Both the position numbers and the translations under genes were made by a program. DNA of 64,000 nt from an uncultured Actinomycetes bacterium (GTDB lineage Bacteria > Actinomycetota > Thermoleophilia > UBA2241). The DNA lies in the NCBI GenBank assembly GCA_963725665.1, contig CAVRZA010000003.1, positions 128,001 to 192,000 of the forward strand. The letters are read 5' to 3'. Below the pieces are notes generated by a model. It had not been told where the DNA came from, made no database searches, and worked only from the letters and a program-made list of their open reading frames with translations. Of the stretch, positions 1 to 11,308 are shown one piece after another. Position 1 is the first letter of the stretch. Each line of letters starts with the position of its first letter.

Positions 1-1
1 G

Positions 2-100
2 GCAGAAGCCGCAGTCGAGCCTACGGCCGAAGAGGCTGAAGCCGCCGCACCCGGGGAGGGCGAGGCGGACGCCGGCGAGGCGACGGAGGCGGACAGCTAG
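2..100 (+). CDS. C-terminal acidic tail of an upstream gene (partial), possibly ribosomal protein S1
   Basis: Frame 2 reads AEAAVEPTAEEAEAAAPGEGEADAGEATEADS* ending TAG 98-100; rpsA precedes coaE in many actinobacteria (identity inferred from synteny only). Confidence 0.4.
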   Translation, partial: AEAAVEPTAEEAEAAAPGEGEADAGEATEADS

Positions 101-144
101 GACTTCGGCCGTCGCCGGGCAGCGGCGGCGGGCGGTCATCATCC

Positions 145-792
145 ATGGCGAAGAGAGACATCCCCCGTCTTGCGGTCACGGGCGGCATAGGGTCGGGCAA
201 GTCGACGGCCAGCGCGTTCCTCGATGAGCTCGGCGCCTCCTGCGTATCGACTGACGTGCTCGTGCACGCGCTCCTCTCGCGGGCGGAGATCGTCGAGGAG
301 CTGCACCGGCAGTTCGGCGACAAGGTGATCGTCAACGGCGATATCGACCGGGCCGCGCTGGCGCGCGTCGTCTTCCGCGACGTCGACGCCCTCGACCGGC
401 TCGAGGCCCTGTTGCACCCGCACGTGAAGCGGCTGGTCGACGAGTGGGCGAGGGAGCAGGAACGCACGCCCTCGCCGCCGCCGTTGATCGTGGCAGAGGT
501 GCCGCTCCTCTTCGAGAGCGGGTTCGACCGCGAGTTCGACTATGTGTTGCTCGTCACCGCTCCAGAGGCGGTGCGCCGCCGCCGCCTCGCCGACAAGCTG
601 ACCGCCTCGGATTTCGGCCGCCGTTCGCAGCGGCAGCTCGATGAGAAGGTCAAGGCGGCCCGCAGCGACTTCGTCGTCGACAACTCAGGCTCGCGAGCGC
701 GGCTCAAGGAGGCGCTCGCCGAAGTCTACGCGTTCATCATCGCGGCGGCCGACGAGCGCCGGTCGGCGCGCGCCGCCAGACGCGGGCGTTAG
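145..792 (+). CDS. coaE: Dephospho-CoA kinase
   Basis: P-loop TGGIGSGKST, IDRAALA, LLHP, EVPLLFE motifs. Confidence 0.95.
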   Translation: MAKRDIPRLAVTGGIGSGKSTASAFLDELGASCVSTDVLVHALLSRAEIVEELHRQFGDKVIVNGDIDRAALARVVFRDVDALDRLEALLHPHVKRLVDEWAREQERTPSPPPLIVAEVPLLFESGFDREFDYVLLVTAPEAVRRRRLADKLTASDFGRRSQRQLDEKVKAARSDFVVDNSGSRARLKEALAEVYAFIIAAADERRSARAARRGR

Positions 793-797
793 GAGCC

Positions 798-1502
798 TTG
801 CGGCGCGCCGTCATCGTCGGCGCCGTGGTCGTCGTGGCGGCGGTCTTCCTGTTCGTGCCGCTCATGCACGTGGAAGAGGCGCGCACGCTCGCCGAGCGTG
901 CGCGCCTGATGTCGATCCTGCCGGCCTGGTACGTGCGCGTCATCTACCCCCTGCGCTACTCATCCGAGATCGGTGCCGGCGCGCGACGCAACGGCCTCAA
1001 CCCCGCGCTGGTGGCTGCGGTCATCAACGAGGAGAGCGCGTTCGACGCCGACGTCACGTCTCCGCAGGGGGCGGTGGGCCTCATGCAGGTGCTGCCCTCG
1101 ACGGCTGAGGAGATCGCGCGCGTGAGCGGCGGCGAGAAGTTCGTGATGCGCGACTTGCAGAAGCCGGGTGTTAACGTGCTCTACGGCAGCTACTACCTGC
1201 GGCGGCTGCTCGACCACTACGAGGGCTCGGAGCTCGAGGCGATCGCCGCCTACAACGCCGGGCAGGCCAACGTCGACCGCTGGGTCACCGCCGCGCGGGC
1301 GGCTGACCGGCCGTTCGATGTACGCGCCATCCCGTACGGCGAGACACGCGACTACGTCGCGGAGGTCGAACGCGTGCGCGCGATCTACGACCGCGTCTAC
1401 GGCGCCGGGCAGCTGACGGGCCGGGCGGACGTCAGCCGGTGCGGGCCGACTCCATCGTCCTGGCCGGCGCACCGCCGCGGCGCGGGAGAAGAAGGATGGT
1501 AG
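798..1502 (+). CDS. Lytic transglycosylase (SLT domain), membrane anchored
   Basis: N-terminal TM; INEES, GAVGLMQV, AAYNAG, IPYGETRDYV motifs; last ~30 aa look non-conserved. Confidence 0.9.
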   Translation: MRRAVIVGAVVVVAAVFLFVPLMHVEEARTLAERARLMSILPAWYVRVIYPLRYSSEIGAGARRNGLNPALVAAVINEESAFDADVTSPQGAVGLMQVLPSTAEEIARVSGGEKFVMRDLQKPGVNVLYGSYYLRRLLDHYEGSELEAIAAYNAGQANVDRWVTAARAADRPFDVRAIPYGETRDYVAEVERVRAIYDRVYGAGQLTGRADVSRCGPTPSSWPAHRRGAGEEGW

Positions 1503-1714
1503 AGCGCGTGGTAGGGCGGATGAGCAGGAATGGAAGGTGTGCGATCGAGATGACCACGCATCACTGTGCTGTTCGACGCACCGACGGCCGCGATCGGCAT
1601 CGCCACGGCGTCTCGACACGATAGGCTGCGGACTATGACACCTCGATGAGGTCGAACGGTTCTGGTAGAGTGCACTAGTCGACGCCAAAGCGCACCGGTC
1701 GACGGGGGAATGCC

Positions 1715-2007
1715 ATGGGGACGGCAACTGACGAGATCACGATCCGCTTCTTCGCCAGCTTGAAGGACGTCTTCAAGCAGAAGGAGGCCGGGGTCAGCAC
1801 CGACGAGGTGTGCACCGTCCATGAGGCGCTGGACCACGTGTGCACGACACGCGAGCGTCGGCGCGGAGTGTTCACCGACTCAGGTGCGCTTCAGCCGACG
1901 TACTGGTCCTGGTCAACGGCCGCAATATCGTCTTCCTGGAAGATCTCGCCACGCCGCTGCACGGCGGCGATGTCGTGGCGATATTCCCGCCGGTCAAAGG
2001 TGGCTGA
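1715..2007 (+). pseudogene. MoaD/ThiS family sulfur carrier (frameshift ~1899)
   Basis: IRFFASL N-terminus; after the shift VLVNGRNI...DVVAIFPPVKGG* with C-terminal GG, stop 2005-2007. Confidence 0.85.
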
Positions 2008-2133
2008 GCAGCGACAGCAAGCAGACAGTCCGCGGGAGGTGAGCGAGTCAGAATAGGTGGGGCCAATCAATCGCGGAAATGCGGCATGGCGGTGGGATCG
2101 GCATGCCGCGTCTGACGAGTCAGGAGGTCAACT

Positions 2134-2630
2134 GTGACCAAGATGATCAACGTCGACATCGAGAAGTGCACCGGGTGCGGCACCTGCGAGCTGATGTGCT
2201 CGTTCAGGCACCACGGCGAGTTCAACCCGCGCAAGGCGCGCATCCACAAGACCATCTTCCATGACGAGCAGATCGCCGTCCCGGTCCTCTGCCGGCAGTG
2301 CGAGGACGCCTGGTGCGCAGCGCATCTGTCCGTCCGGGGCCATCACGCAGGGCGTCGACCACGCTCACGCGGCGCCACGGTGGTCACAGGTCGACGAGAG
2401 ACGCTGCGTGGGCTGCAAGATGTGCATGCTCGCCTGCCCGTACGGCAGCATCGAGGTCGGCATCGAGGGTGTCGCCGAGAAGTGCGACCTCTGTGACGGC
2501 GAGCCTCAGTGCGTGAAGTTCTGCGCCGGGGGGCCCTGAGCTTCGATCGACTCCGACGCGGAGCATCCTCGACCGCAAGCAGAAGGTGGCCGCTCACGCT
2601 GGCTAACCGCCTATCGAGGAGGGTGAGTGA
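2134..2630 (+). pseudogene. 4Fe-4S dicluster electron-transfer subunit (AOR small subunit), several frameshifts
   Basis: CTGCGTCELMC, CRQC..C...CP, CVGCKMCMLACP, KCDLC...CVKFC spread over different frames. Confidence 0.85.
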
Positions 2631-2632
2631 TC

Positions 2633-4284
2633 ATGTACGGCTGGACTGGGAAGAGTCCTGCGCGTCGATCTCTCCAAGCCAGAGGTCACGGTCGAGGACC
2701 TCGACCGCGACACGGCCAAGCGACTACATCGGCGGTCTCGGCCTCGGGGTCGAAGTACCTCTACGACGAGATCGACCCGGCGGTCGATGCCTATCTCGCC
2801 CGAGAACAAGCTGCTCTTCGTCACCGGTCCTCTGACCGGCACCGGCGCTCCGGCCGGCAACCGCTACGTGGTGGTGACCAAGTCGCCGCTGACCGGCGCT
2901 ATCGCGAACTCCGACCGCCGCGGGCGAGTTCGCCACGCAACCTCAAGTACGCCGGCTACGACATGATCATCTTCGAGGGCAAGGCCGAGAAGCCCGGTCT
3001 ACCTGTGGATCGACGACGACGCGAGTGGAGCTTCGGCGACGCGGACGGCATCTGGGGCAAAGACGCCGAGGAGACCGAAAAGGCGCTCATCGCCGCCACG
3101 GCTCCCGACGCCAAGGTGGCCTGCATCGGCCCCGCCGGAGAGAAGCTGGTGCGCTTCGCCTGCGTGATGAACGACATGGGCCGCGCGGCCGGTCGGTCCG
3201 GGGTGGGTGCGGTCATGGGTTCGAAGAACCTGAAGGCGGTCGCCGTGCGCGGCACCAAGGGCGTCAAGGTCGCCGACCAGCGGCGCTTCTACGCAGGCGG
3301 TCGAGAGCTGCGTACAAGACCTCGGACGACCACTACGTGGAGGAGTTCCACCAGACCGGCACCCCGGGGTGCTCGCCCTGGTGCACGACGTTCGGGGCGC
3401 TGCCCGACGCGGAACTTCCAGCACCGGCGTCAACGCGCACTACGAGAAGATCAGCGGCGAGCGCGCTGGCCGACACGCTCTCGGTGCGCAAGCGCATGGG
3501 CGTGGGCTGCCCGGCCTGCCCGATGGCCTGCGGACGGGTCACGCAAGGTGAACGAATCCCGACTTCGCCGGGCATCGGCGCGGGACCGGAGTACGAGACC
3601 ATCGGCATGTTCGGCTCGAACTGCTACACGATCAACTTCGAGCGCGGTCTGCCAAGGCCAACTTCATCTGCAACGAGATGGGCATGGATACGATCTCCAC
3701 GGGCAACTCCATCGCGTGCGCCATGGAGATGTTCGAGCGCGGCCTCATTCCGCAAGAAGACATCGGCTTCGCCCTGACCTTCGGCGACGCCAACGCTATG
3801 GTGAAGCTGACTGAGATGATCGCGAAGCGAGAGGGCTTCGGCGATGTGCTCGCTGAGGGCTCCTACCGCATGTGCGAAAAGTACGGGCACACCGAGTACT
3901 TCATGGGTGTGAAGAAGCAGGAGTTCCCCAGCTACGACGGCCGCGCCCTGCAGGGCATGGCGCTCGGCTACGCCACGCAGCCGCGCGGCGCGTGCCACAT
4001 CCGCGGCGAGGCTGCAGGACCTCGATCTGTACGGCGTCAGGTCAACTGGAGCATCACCGCGCGACCGCGGCATGGAGCGTCGTCGACCCTCTACGCTGGG
4101 ACGACAAGCCTGCCGCTGGCGAAGGACGTGCAGGATTGGTTCTGCATGATCGACTCCTGCGGGCGTGTGCAACTTCGTCTGGTTCATGGGCTGCGACGAA
4201 GACCAGATGCGCGCTCTCCTAGAGTCGGCCACGGGCATCGACATGGGTGGCTACGAGGGCTTCATGCACACCGGAGACCGGCTG
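2633..4284 (+). pseudogene. Tungsten aldehyde:ferredoxin oxidoreductase family large subunit, multiply frameshifted and C-terminally truncated
   Basis: MYGWTGK, KSPLTG, LKYAGYD, CIGPAGE, GRSGVGAVMGSKNLKA, CPACPMAC, GPEYET, GMDTIS, RGACH motifs across frames; homology ends abruptly ~4284. Confidence 0.9.
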
Positions 4285-4288
4285 ACTG

Positions 4289-5169
4289 GTGCTTGCTTTC
4301 CGGGGTCGTCCTGAATGGGGTCGGCCCACCAACGTCAACAATGTCGAGACGTGGGCAACCGTGCCGCACATCGTGCTCAAAGGCGCGGACTGGTTCCGTT
4401 CCATAGGCACTGAGGGCTCCAAGGGGACCAAGATCTTCTCGCTCGTCGGCAAGGTGAACAACACCGGCTTCGTCGAGGTGCCGATGGGCGTCAGCTTACG
4501 CGAGATGGTCTTCGACATCAGAAGCAGCATCCAAGGCAGCAACGTCTTCGAGGCCGTCCAGACGAAGGCCCGTCCGGAGGCTGTCTGCCGGCGGAGAAGC
4601 TCGACGCACCGGTGGACTTCGACACGCTGCTGGCCGAGGGCGCCATGATGGGGTCCGGCGGCATGATCGTCATGGACGAAGGCACCTGCATGGTGGATAT
4701 GGCGAAGTATTTCTTGCACTTCCTCGCCTCCGAGTCCTGCGGCAACTGCACGTCGTGCCGAGAGGGCCTTCTTCGCCTCCATGAGCTGCTCGGAGATATC
4801 ACGGAAGGCCGCGGTTCCCGCGACACCATCGCCCTCGTCGAAGAGATCGCCGACACCGTTCGGAGCGCCTCCATGTGCGCGCTCGGAACGACCGCACTCA
4901 ACCCGGTGCTCTCCACGCTGACCTACTTCCGCGACGAGTACCTCGCGCATGTGGACGACAGTCGCTGTCCGGCCGGCGTGTGCAAGGCACTCATCAGCTT
5001 CACCATCGATCGCGAACTCTGCAACGTCTGCACGCTGTGCGCTCTGCGTTGCCCACAGGAGGCGATCGCCAGCGAGAAGAAGCAGCCCTACACCATCGAC
5101 CAGGAGCTGTGCATCAAATGTGGCATCTGCAAGGACGTATGCCGGCGCGATGCCGTTCTCGTGCAGTAG
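4289..5169 (+). pseudogene. NuoF/HydB(BfuB)-like NADH-binding flavoprotein, N-terminally truncated, frameshift ~4570-4600
   Basis: PTNVNNVET, GKVNNTG.VEVPMG, MMGSGG, ESCGNCTSCREG, SMCALG, AH....CPAGVC, C-terminal 2x[4Fe-4S]. Confidence 0.85.
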
Positions 5170-5179
5170 GAGGGCAAGC

Positions 5180-5945
5180 GTGGACGTCACACTGAGGATC
5201 GACGACGCCGAGGTGACTGCGCCGGCAGAGGCGGGTCTTCTCGCTGTGGCGCGACGGGCCGGCTATGACATCCCGGCGCTGTGTCACCACGAGGCCGTGC
5301 CCGACATCGCGGCCTGCCGCCTCTGCCTGGTGGAGGTGCGTCAACCCCTGGCGCACCGAGCCGCTGCTCACCACGTCCTGCAACTTTCCGGTGGTGGCCG
5401 ACCTGGACATCGTGACGACTCGCCGCGCGTCCGGCGACATCGCGTCATGAACCTCCAACTCCTGCTGCCGTACGCCCCGGAAGCGCCGGCGCTGCAAGAC
5501 CTTGCCGCCCAGCTCGGTGTGACGTACCCGCTGTTCGCCCCGGTTGCCGACGCGCCGCTGCCCGGCTGCATCCTCTGTGAGCTGTGTGTGCGGGTGTGCT
5601 CTTCCGTCGGCTACAACGCGCTATCCTCGCTCGTCCGTGGCGACCTCAAGAGCGTGGGCCCGCCGTTCGGTCAGGCCGGCGTCACGGACTGCGTAGGCTG
5701 CGGCTCGTGTCAGTCGGTGTGTCTGCACACAGTGCATCTCAATGGAGGACACCTCTATCACGCGCACCATATGGGGCCGCACCTTCGACTTCTTCACGTG
5801 CCAGCGCTGCAAAGCCCCGTTCATGACCAAGGCCCATCGCGATGCGACCGCCGCCCGGGGCGATTTGCCGGCCGACTACTACGCCCTTTGCGATGCCTGC
5901 AAGCGGGTCGTCCTCAGCGAGAGCCTCGTGACCGCCGCCAGGTGA
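5180..5945 (+). pseudogene. 2Fe-2S/4Fe-4S subunit (NuoG/HydA N-terminal-like, BfuA-like), frameshifted
   Basis: IPALCHH, CRLCLVE, CILCELCVRVC, CVGCGSCQSVC, C-terminal CQRC...CDAC in a second frame. Confidence 0.8.
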
Positions 5946-6185
5946 GGCCTTGGCGGTCGTTCGCTCCGACCTGTGGGTGGCGGCGTGGCTCTCGGGCCAA
6001 CTTCTCTCTAGGCTGCGGAACCGACTGCATCCACTGAGCGGGCCATACCGGCGTCGCCGGCGATCGCCGGCGCGATGAGGCTGCAGATGTTAGCCTCGCC
6101 GCTGGCGGTTCTGCGAACGCATCGGCTTGGCACAAACGCCCGGGTGCCTGCACTGTACGTGCCCCGTGGGGGATAGGAGGCGGAA

Positions 6186-7019
6186 GTGGACGAGCAGCCT
6201 GAGAGGGGGCCAGCGCCTTCGCCCTCTGATGCGAGCCGGCAGGCGGTGGGCCGCGATCCGGCGTCGCCGAGCGACGCTCGCTACCTGCGGCACCTGATCA
6301 TCCCCGAGCTGGGAGAGTCGGCGCAGGAGAAGATCCGCTCCGCCAGGGTCGCGGTGGTGGGCGCGGGGGGGCTGGGCTCCCCCTGTCTCGACTACCTGGC
6401 GGCGGCCGGCGTAGGACGCCTCGGCGTAGTCGACTGTGGGCGCGTGGAGCTCTCCAATCTCCAGCGCCAGGTGATCCATTTCACGGGCGACATCGGCCGC
6501 GCGAAGACCGACAGCGCGGCCGAGAAGCTGACCGCGCTGAACCCCGAAGTGGAAGTGGTCCGGCACGACATCCTGCTCGATCCGACGACGGCGGACGCGC
6601 TCGTCGACGCCTACGACATCATCGTGGCGGCGGTCGATAACCTCGAGGCCCGCTATGCCCTCAACGATGCCTGTGTGCGGGCGGGCAAAGCGCTCGTGGA
6701 GGGCGCGATCTTCCACTTCACGGGGTCCGTGATGATGATCCTGGGTGGATCCTCAGCCTGCTACCGTTGTCTGTCTCCAGAAGCCCCGAAGGTCGCCTCC
6801 GGGGTACCCGAAGGCCCCCTCGGGGTGTTTGGTCCCGTTCTCGGCGTCATCGGAGCTATCCAAGCCAGCGAGGTCATCAAGTTGATCGCCGGCTGCGGCC
6901 GTCCACTCGTCAACAGGATGCTCTGGCTGGATGTCCTGGACATGACGTGTGATGAGATCGAGATCGCACGCCAGCCGCAGTGTCCCGCGTGCGGCGACCG
7001 GCGCGCGTCGGCAGAGTAG
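6186..7019 (+). CDS. MoeB/ThiF family adenylyltransferase
   Basis: RYLRHL, GAGGLG, SNLQRQ, CYRC and CPAC Zn motifs; intact. Confidence 0.9.
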   Translation: MDEQPERGPAPSPSDASRQAVGRDPASPSDARYLRHLIIPELGESAQEKIRSARVAVVGAGGLGSPCLDYLAAAGVGRLGVVDCGRVELSNLQRQVIHFTGDIGRAKTDSAAEKLTALNPEVEVVRHDILLDPTTADALVDAYDIIVAAVDNLEARYALNDACVRAGKALVEGAIFHFTGSVMMILGGSSACYRCLSPEAPKVASGVPEGPLGVFGPVLGVIGAIQASEVIKLIAGCGRPLVNRMLWLDVLDMTCDEIEIARQPQCPACGDRRASAE

Positions 7020-7757
7020 GCCGAGAGCTGGCCGGCTGGGCGTCAGCCGTCAGAGGAGGCTTGGGGCCGCCCTCGCCCGTCTTGATCGCGCTCAGAACGT
7101 GTCGTTGACACGGCACGGTGGCGCCGTCTCGCGGACAGGAATGAAGCGAGGCGCAACCGACGACGTTGATTGAATGTCTCGACGCGGCAGTACGGCCTCC
7201 GTAGCTCTACGTGGACATAGTGTATGCGTCTGTTGACTCCCGAGGCGTTTCGGCGAAGAATCGCTATTGTAGACGCGCTCACTGAAGGGCACGATCGGGG
7301 GGCGATACTGTGCCGCAGTTGGGGTTCCGGTTCTCACCGAGGGTGTCTGCGAGGGTCATCCTCGGCGCCTCTGCGCACGGTATCCGTGCGCGCCGCGGCG
7401 AACAGCCGACCTCCATTGTCTCCAAAGAGGTGCAGCGCCTGCCCACCGGTGTTGGCCTCCTACTACCTGCGCGATCGCATCCCGGAGTAGGCCCTCTACT
7501 CAGCGATGTCGGTTTCTACGCATCGCCAACAAACCCCGCGAGACAGTGTCTGCAAAGGCGTGAGCGAGTCGCCGTCTCCGGGCGGCTCGTGGTGATTGTC
7601 CACCACGTGTGATCGGCAACACCGACGAGGAGGTGTAGGGGAGTCTAGCGGGTCGAAGGGCGCCCTGACGTGCGTGAGGAGCCACCATCGGTGTGATGCC
7701 ACGTGAGGGTTTCTTCTCGGGTAGTTCGTCGTTCGAAGCCCAGAAGGGGGCGGGGAC

Positions 7758-9097
7758 ATGAGTAGAACGAAACGCTACGCGACGACGACCTTGTTGTTGG
7801 TGTTGCTCCTGGTCTTTGGCTTGTTGCTGGCCGCTTGCGGCCAGACAGCCGAAACAACCAGCTCTGGGAGCGCATCGGCCGCCACGAAGACCGGGGTCAT
7901 CAAGATCGGCATGAACGCACCCCTGTCTGGCGGGGCCGCAGCGTGGGGTCTGCCGGGGATGCAGGGTCTGGAGATCTGGACGACTGGATGAACGCGAACG
8001 GTGTCGCGATCGGGGACACGAAGTACACCTTTGAGATCGTCAAGTACGACAACGAAGGTATCGGCAGCAAGGCCTTGCTCGGCGCCAGGAAGCTGGCGCT
8101 GCAAGACGGGGTCTCGTTCATCCTGGACCTGGGAGGAGCCACCAGCGGCTCCATGGTGCCCTTCCTGACGAATCAGAAGATGATCTCCTTCACGCTCATC
8201 GCGCAGGACCTCAAGGCGGACAGGCCGTACCTCTACGACGTGACCGACAATTTCCCCACCTACCACATAACCGACTTGGAGTACATCCACAAGGCGCATC
8301 CCGACATGAAGAAGATGGCCATCCTCTCCCAGGATGATGAGATCGGGGTCGCCGCGGTCGCCTGGGCTGACGCTGCGGCTGAGACGGAGGGACTCGAAAT
8401 CGTCTACGACAAGCCCTTCGGGCTGTCGACCACCGACTTCGCTCCCATCGTCACGGCGGCGATCAAGAACAACCCCGACATCATCAACCTGGGAGCCTGC
8501 TACCCGGAGTATCAGGCGCTCATCTGCGAGCAGGCATACCTGCAGGGATGGAAGGGCATCATCACCTCCGCCTGTTGGGACTTCGGCGCCATCCTGGCCA
8601 AGGTGCCCAAGGAGTTCATGGAGGGCGCCGTGTCCAACTTCCCGTATTTCAACGACCCGGGGCTTGACGGAAAGGCGAGCATCGGTCCTATCGGCGACCC
8701 CGTCGCCGCTACCGGCCATACGCACCTCGAGTTCTGGGACGAGTGGGAGAAGCGGTTCCCGAACGCTTCATACTCGGAGATCGTCTGGGAGTACATGTCG
8801 GCCGCTGATATCTGGACCTGGGCCGCGCAGAAGGCGGGCAGCATCGTCCCGGAGGATGTCTCCAAGGCTCTGGAGTCCTCCACCGAGGTTCCTCACACCA
8901 TCGGCGGCATGGGGCAGTGGCTAGGGAAGGACTTCTTCGGCATCGATCACCTCCTGGCGCCTACGTTGCCCATCACGGAGATCCAGAACGGGGAGCCGGT
9001 GATCGTGGACTGGATGACCGTCCGCGACTGGCTGGCGGTGCCCGGCAACGCAGAAGTTCTCGACAAGTACCTCGACAAGTGGCACCTGTCGATCTAG
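7758..9097 (+). pseudogene. Branched-chain amino acid-type ABC substrate-binding lipoprotein (frameshift ~7980)
   Basis: Lipobox LAAC, IKIGMNAPLSG; continues in ORF 7835..9097 (TDFAPIV, NPDII). Confidence 0.8.
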
Positions 9098-9132
9098 CAG
9101 CGTCGGCGTGACGCACCGGGAGTACGTTGGTA

Positions 9133-9156
9133 GCTGGGCCGCGAGAGCGGCCCAGC
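9133..9156 (+). terminator. Stem-loop after the binding-protein gene
   Basis: GCTGGGCCGC-GAGA-GCGGCCCAGC perfect 10-bp stem; no U tract. Confidence 0.5.
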
Positions 9157-9246
9157 CACCAGTGCGGTAACTACTCGCCATGAGAGAAAGGTGAGCCGAA
9201 GCGTGATTCTCGCCAACACGGAGGCAGAGGAAGACAGAGAGACATC

Positions 9247-10111
9247 ATGGAGTTCATAGCTCAGACAATACTCAATGCGCTGATAACGAGCTCATTCTTC
9301 GCTCTCGTTGCCGTGGGACTTACGCTCGTATTCGGCGTCATGAAGATCGTGAACTTCGCCCACGGCGAGTTCTACATGCTGGGAGCCTACACAGTCTGGG
9401 TCCTTTTCGCTGTCCACGGCTGGCCGTATTTCGCGACCGTCGTGGTGGCCATGGTCGCGGTCGGCTTCTTGGGCGTGGTCTGCGAAAGGCTCGTCTTCAG
9501 ACCCTTGCGCGGCAACCTGCTGAGCGGCTTCATCGCGTCCGTTGGGCTCGTGTTCATCCTGCAGGTCGCGGTAGGCCGGATCTGGGGCGTCGGGAAGATG
9601 AAGCCGGTCCCGGCCCCGTATCGCGGCGCGGTCGCCTCCGTCGGTGGTGTCAGCGTCGACGCGCAGAGGATCATAGCGTTCGTGGGAGCATGTTGCTCTC
9701 GTGGCCCTGCTGCTGCTCTTCCTGAATCGCTCCAGGACGGGCCGGGCGCTGCGCGCTTCTTCGCAGGACGTCGAAGCGGCCGAGCTGCAGGGGATAAGCG
9801 TGAACCGAGCGGCTGTGGTCGCCATGCTCCTCGGCTCCGCCATGGCCGGAGCCGCCGGCGCTCTGATGGCGCTCATCATGTCGGTCTACCCTTACATGGG
9901 CGGCCTGGTCGTCTGGATGGCCTTCGTCATCGTCATCGTAGGCGGACAAGGCAACATCAAGGAAGCCATCTACGCCGCTCTCATGTTCGGCTTCCTCAAC
10001 ACCATCATCACGACGGTGTGGGATTCGACCATCGCCGCTCTGGTCATCGCGGTGTTCATGCTCGTCTTCCTGGCGGTCAGACCTCAAGGGTTGTTGGGCC
10101 ATGCTGAGTAG
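9247..10111 (+). pseudogene. LivH-type ABC permease (frameshift ~9690)
   Basis: GLTLVFGVMKIVNFAHGE; TGRALRA; VRPQGLLG in second frame. Confidence 0.85.
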
Positions 10112-10355
10112 CAGGACACTACCCATCATCATGGTGCTGCTCATTCTCGCGGTCGTGGGCATCGCGTGCCGTTCGCGACGAGCTACTACTACACCGATGT
10201 GATCACGATGCTCTTCATCAACATCATCCTGGTGAGCAGCTTCCGTCTCATCACGCTCACCGGCAACTGGAACCTGGCCCAGATACCGCTGATGGGCGTA
10301 GGGGCCTACAGCAGCGCGCTGATAACGGGCTCTCTTGGCTGGCCGTTCTGGCTCG
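10101..10355 (+). pseudogene. LivM-type permease, N-terminal fragment only
   Basis: TG..NLAQ...MGVGAYSSALI...LGWPFWLA then abrupt switch to ATPase sequence. Confidence 0.75.
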
Positions 10356-11056
10356 CTCAGCCTAGAGAACATAGAAGTACGCTACGGCGGAGTCAGGGCA
10401 CTCAGGGGAATCTCTCTGGACGCTGAGGCCGGGAGCATCACCACGCTGATCGGAGCCAACGGCGCCGGCAAGAGCACATGTTTGAAGGCGATCTCGGGTC
10501 TGGTACCACTTGCCTCGGGAGAGATCTGGTTTGGGGACCAGAGAATAGACGGCTTGAGACCGGACAAGGTGGTCAACTGGGCATCGGCCACGTTCCCGAA
10601 GGCAAGCGGCTCTTTCTCGAAATGAGCATCTTCGACAACCTCATGACCGGCGCCTACTTGAGGAAGGACAAGCAGGGGATAGCCGATGACCTGGAACGGA
10701 TCTACAGCTACTTCCCGGTGCTCGGCAAGGCGCGTGGCCGCTCGGCATCTGACCTGAGCGGAGGGGAGCAACAGATGCTCGCCATCGGAAGAGGCGTCAT
10801 GTGCAACCCGAAGCTGCTGCTGCTCGACGAGCCGTCGCTTAGCCTTTCGCCGATCCTGTGTCAAGAGGTGGCGGATATCGTTGAACAGATTGCGCGCGAC
10901 GGCCACTCGATCCTCCTCATCGAGCGGAATGCAAGCTCGGCGCTGAAGATCGCCGAGAAGGGCTACGTGCTAGAGCGCGGCGAGATCGCTCTGGAGGGGA
11001 GCAGCGAGGAGCTCCAGGGCAACGACTGCGTCAGGCAGGCTTATCTGGGGCTTTGA
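10356..11056 (+). pseudogene. LivF-type ABC ATPase lacking start codon, frameshift ~10578
   Basis: LSLENIEVRYG, GANGAGKST, VPEGKRLF, LSGGEQQM, LLLDEP, VRQAYLG. Confidence 0.85.
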
Positions 11057-11308
11057 CCGAGTGGCAATCGCTTCGGCGAGTGCCGTGTGCGGATCACAGG
11101 CCGGTACGACGCGGTGGTCCAACAGCAGACCGACTGCGCGGAGCGTTCGACTCGTCCGTCCCGGGTCAGATTCCGTTTTTCCTCTGATTCTCGACGCCAC
11201 CCACGACGTGGGACTTGATCACGCACGCCACCAATCTAAGTTCCTGCAAGGCGGGTTTCAATGCCACAGAGGCACGCAACCGTTTCTCTGTGAAATGCCA
11301 ACCTGACC

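Noticed and set aside
1503-1714. Moco/Wco riboswitch upstream of moaD
   Set aside because: No recognisable conserved elements; only short palindromes (ACCTC-N3-GAGGT, AGTGCACT)
2134-5945. Selenocysteine recoding in the oxidoreductase genes
   Set aside because: Breaks are indels that change frame; I saw no in-frame TGA at a Cys position
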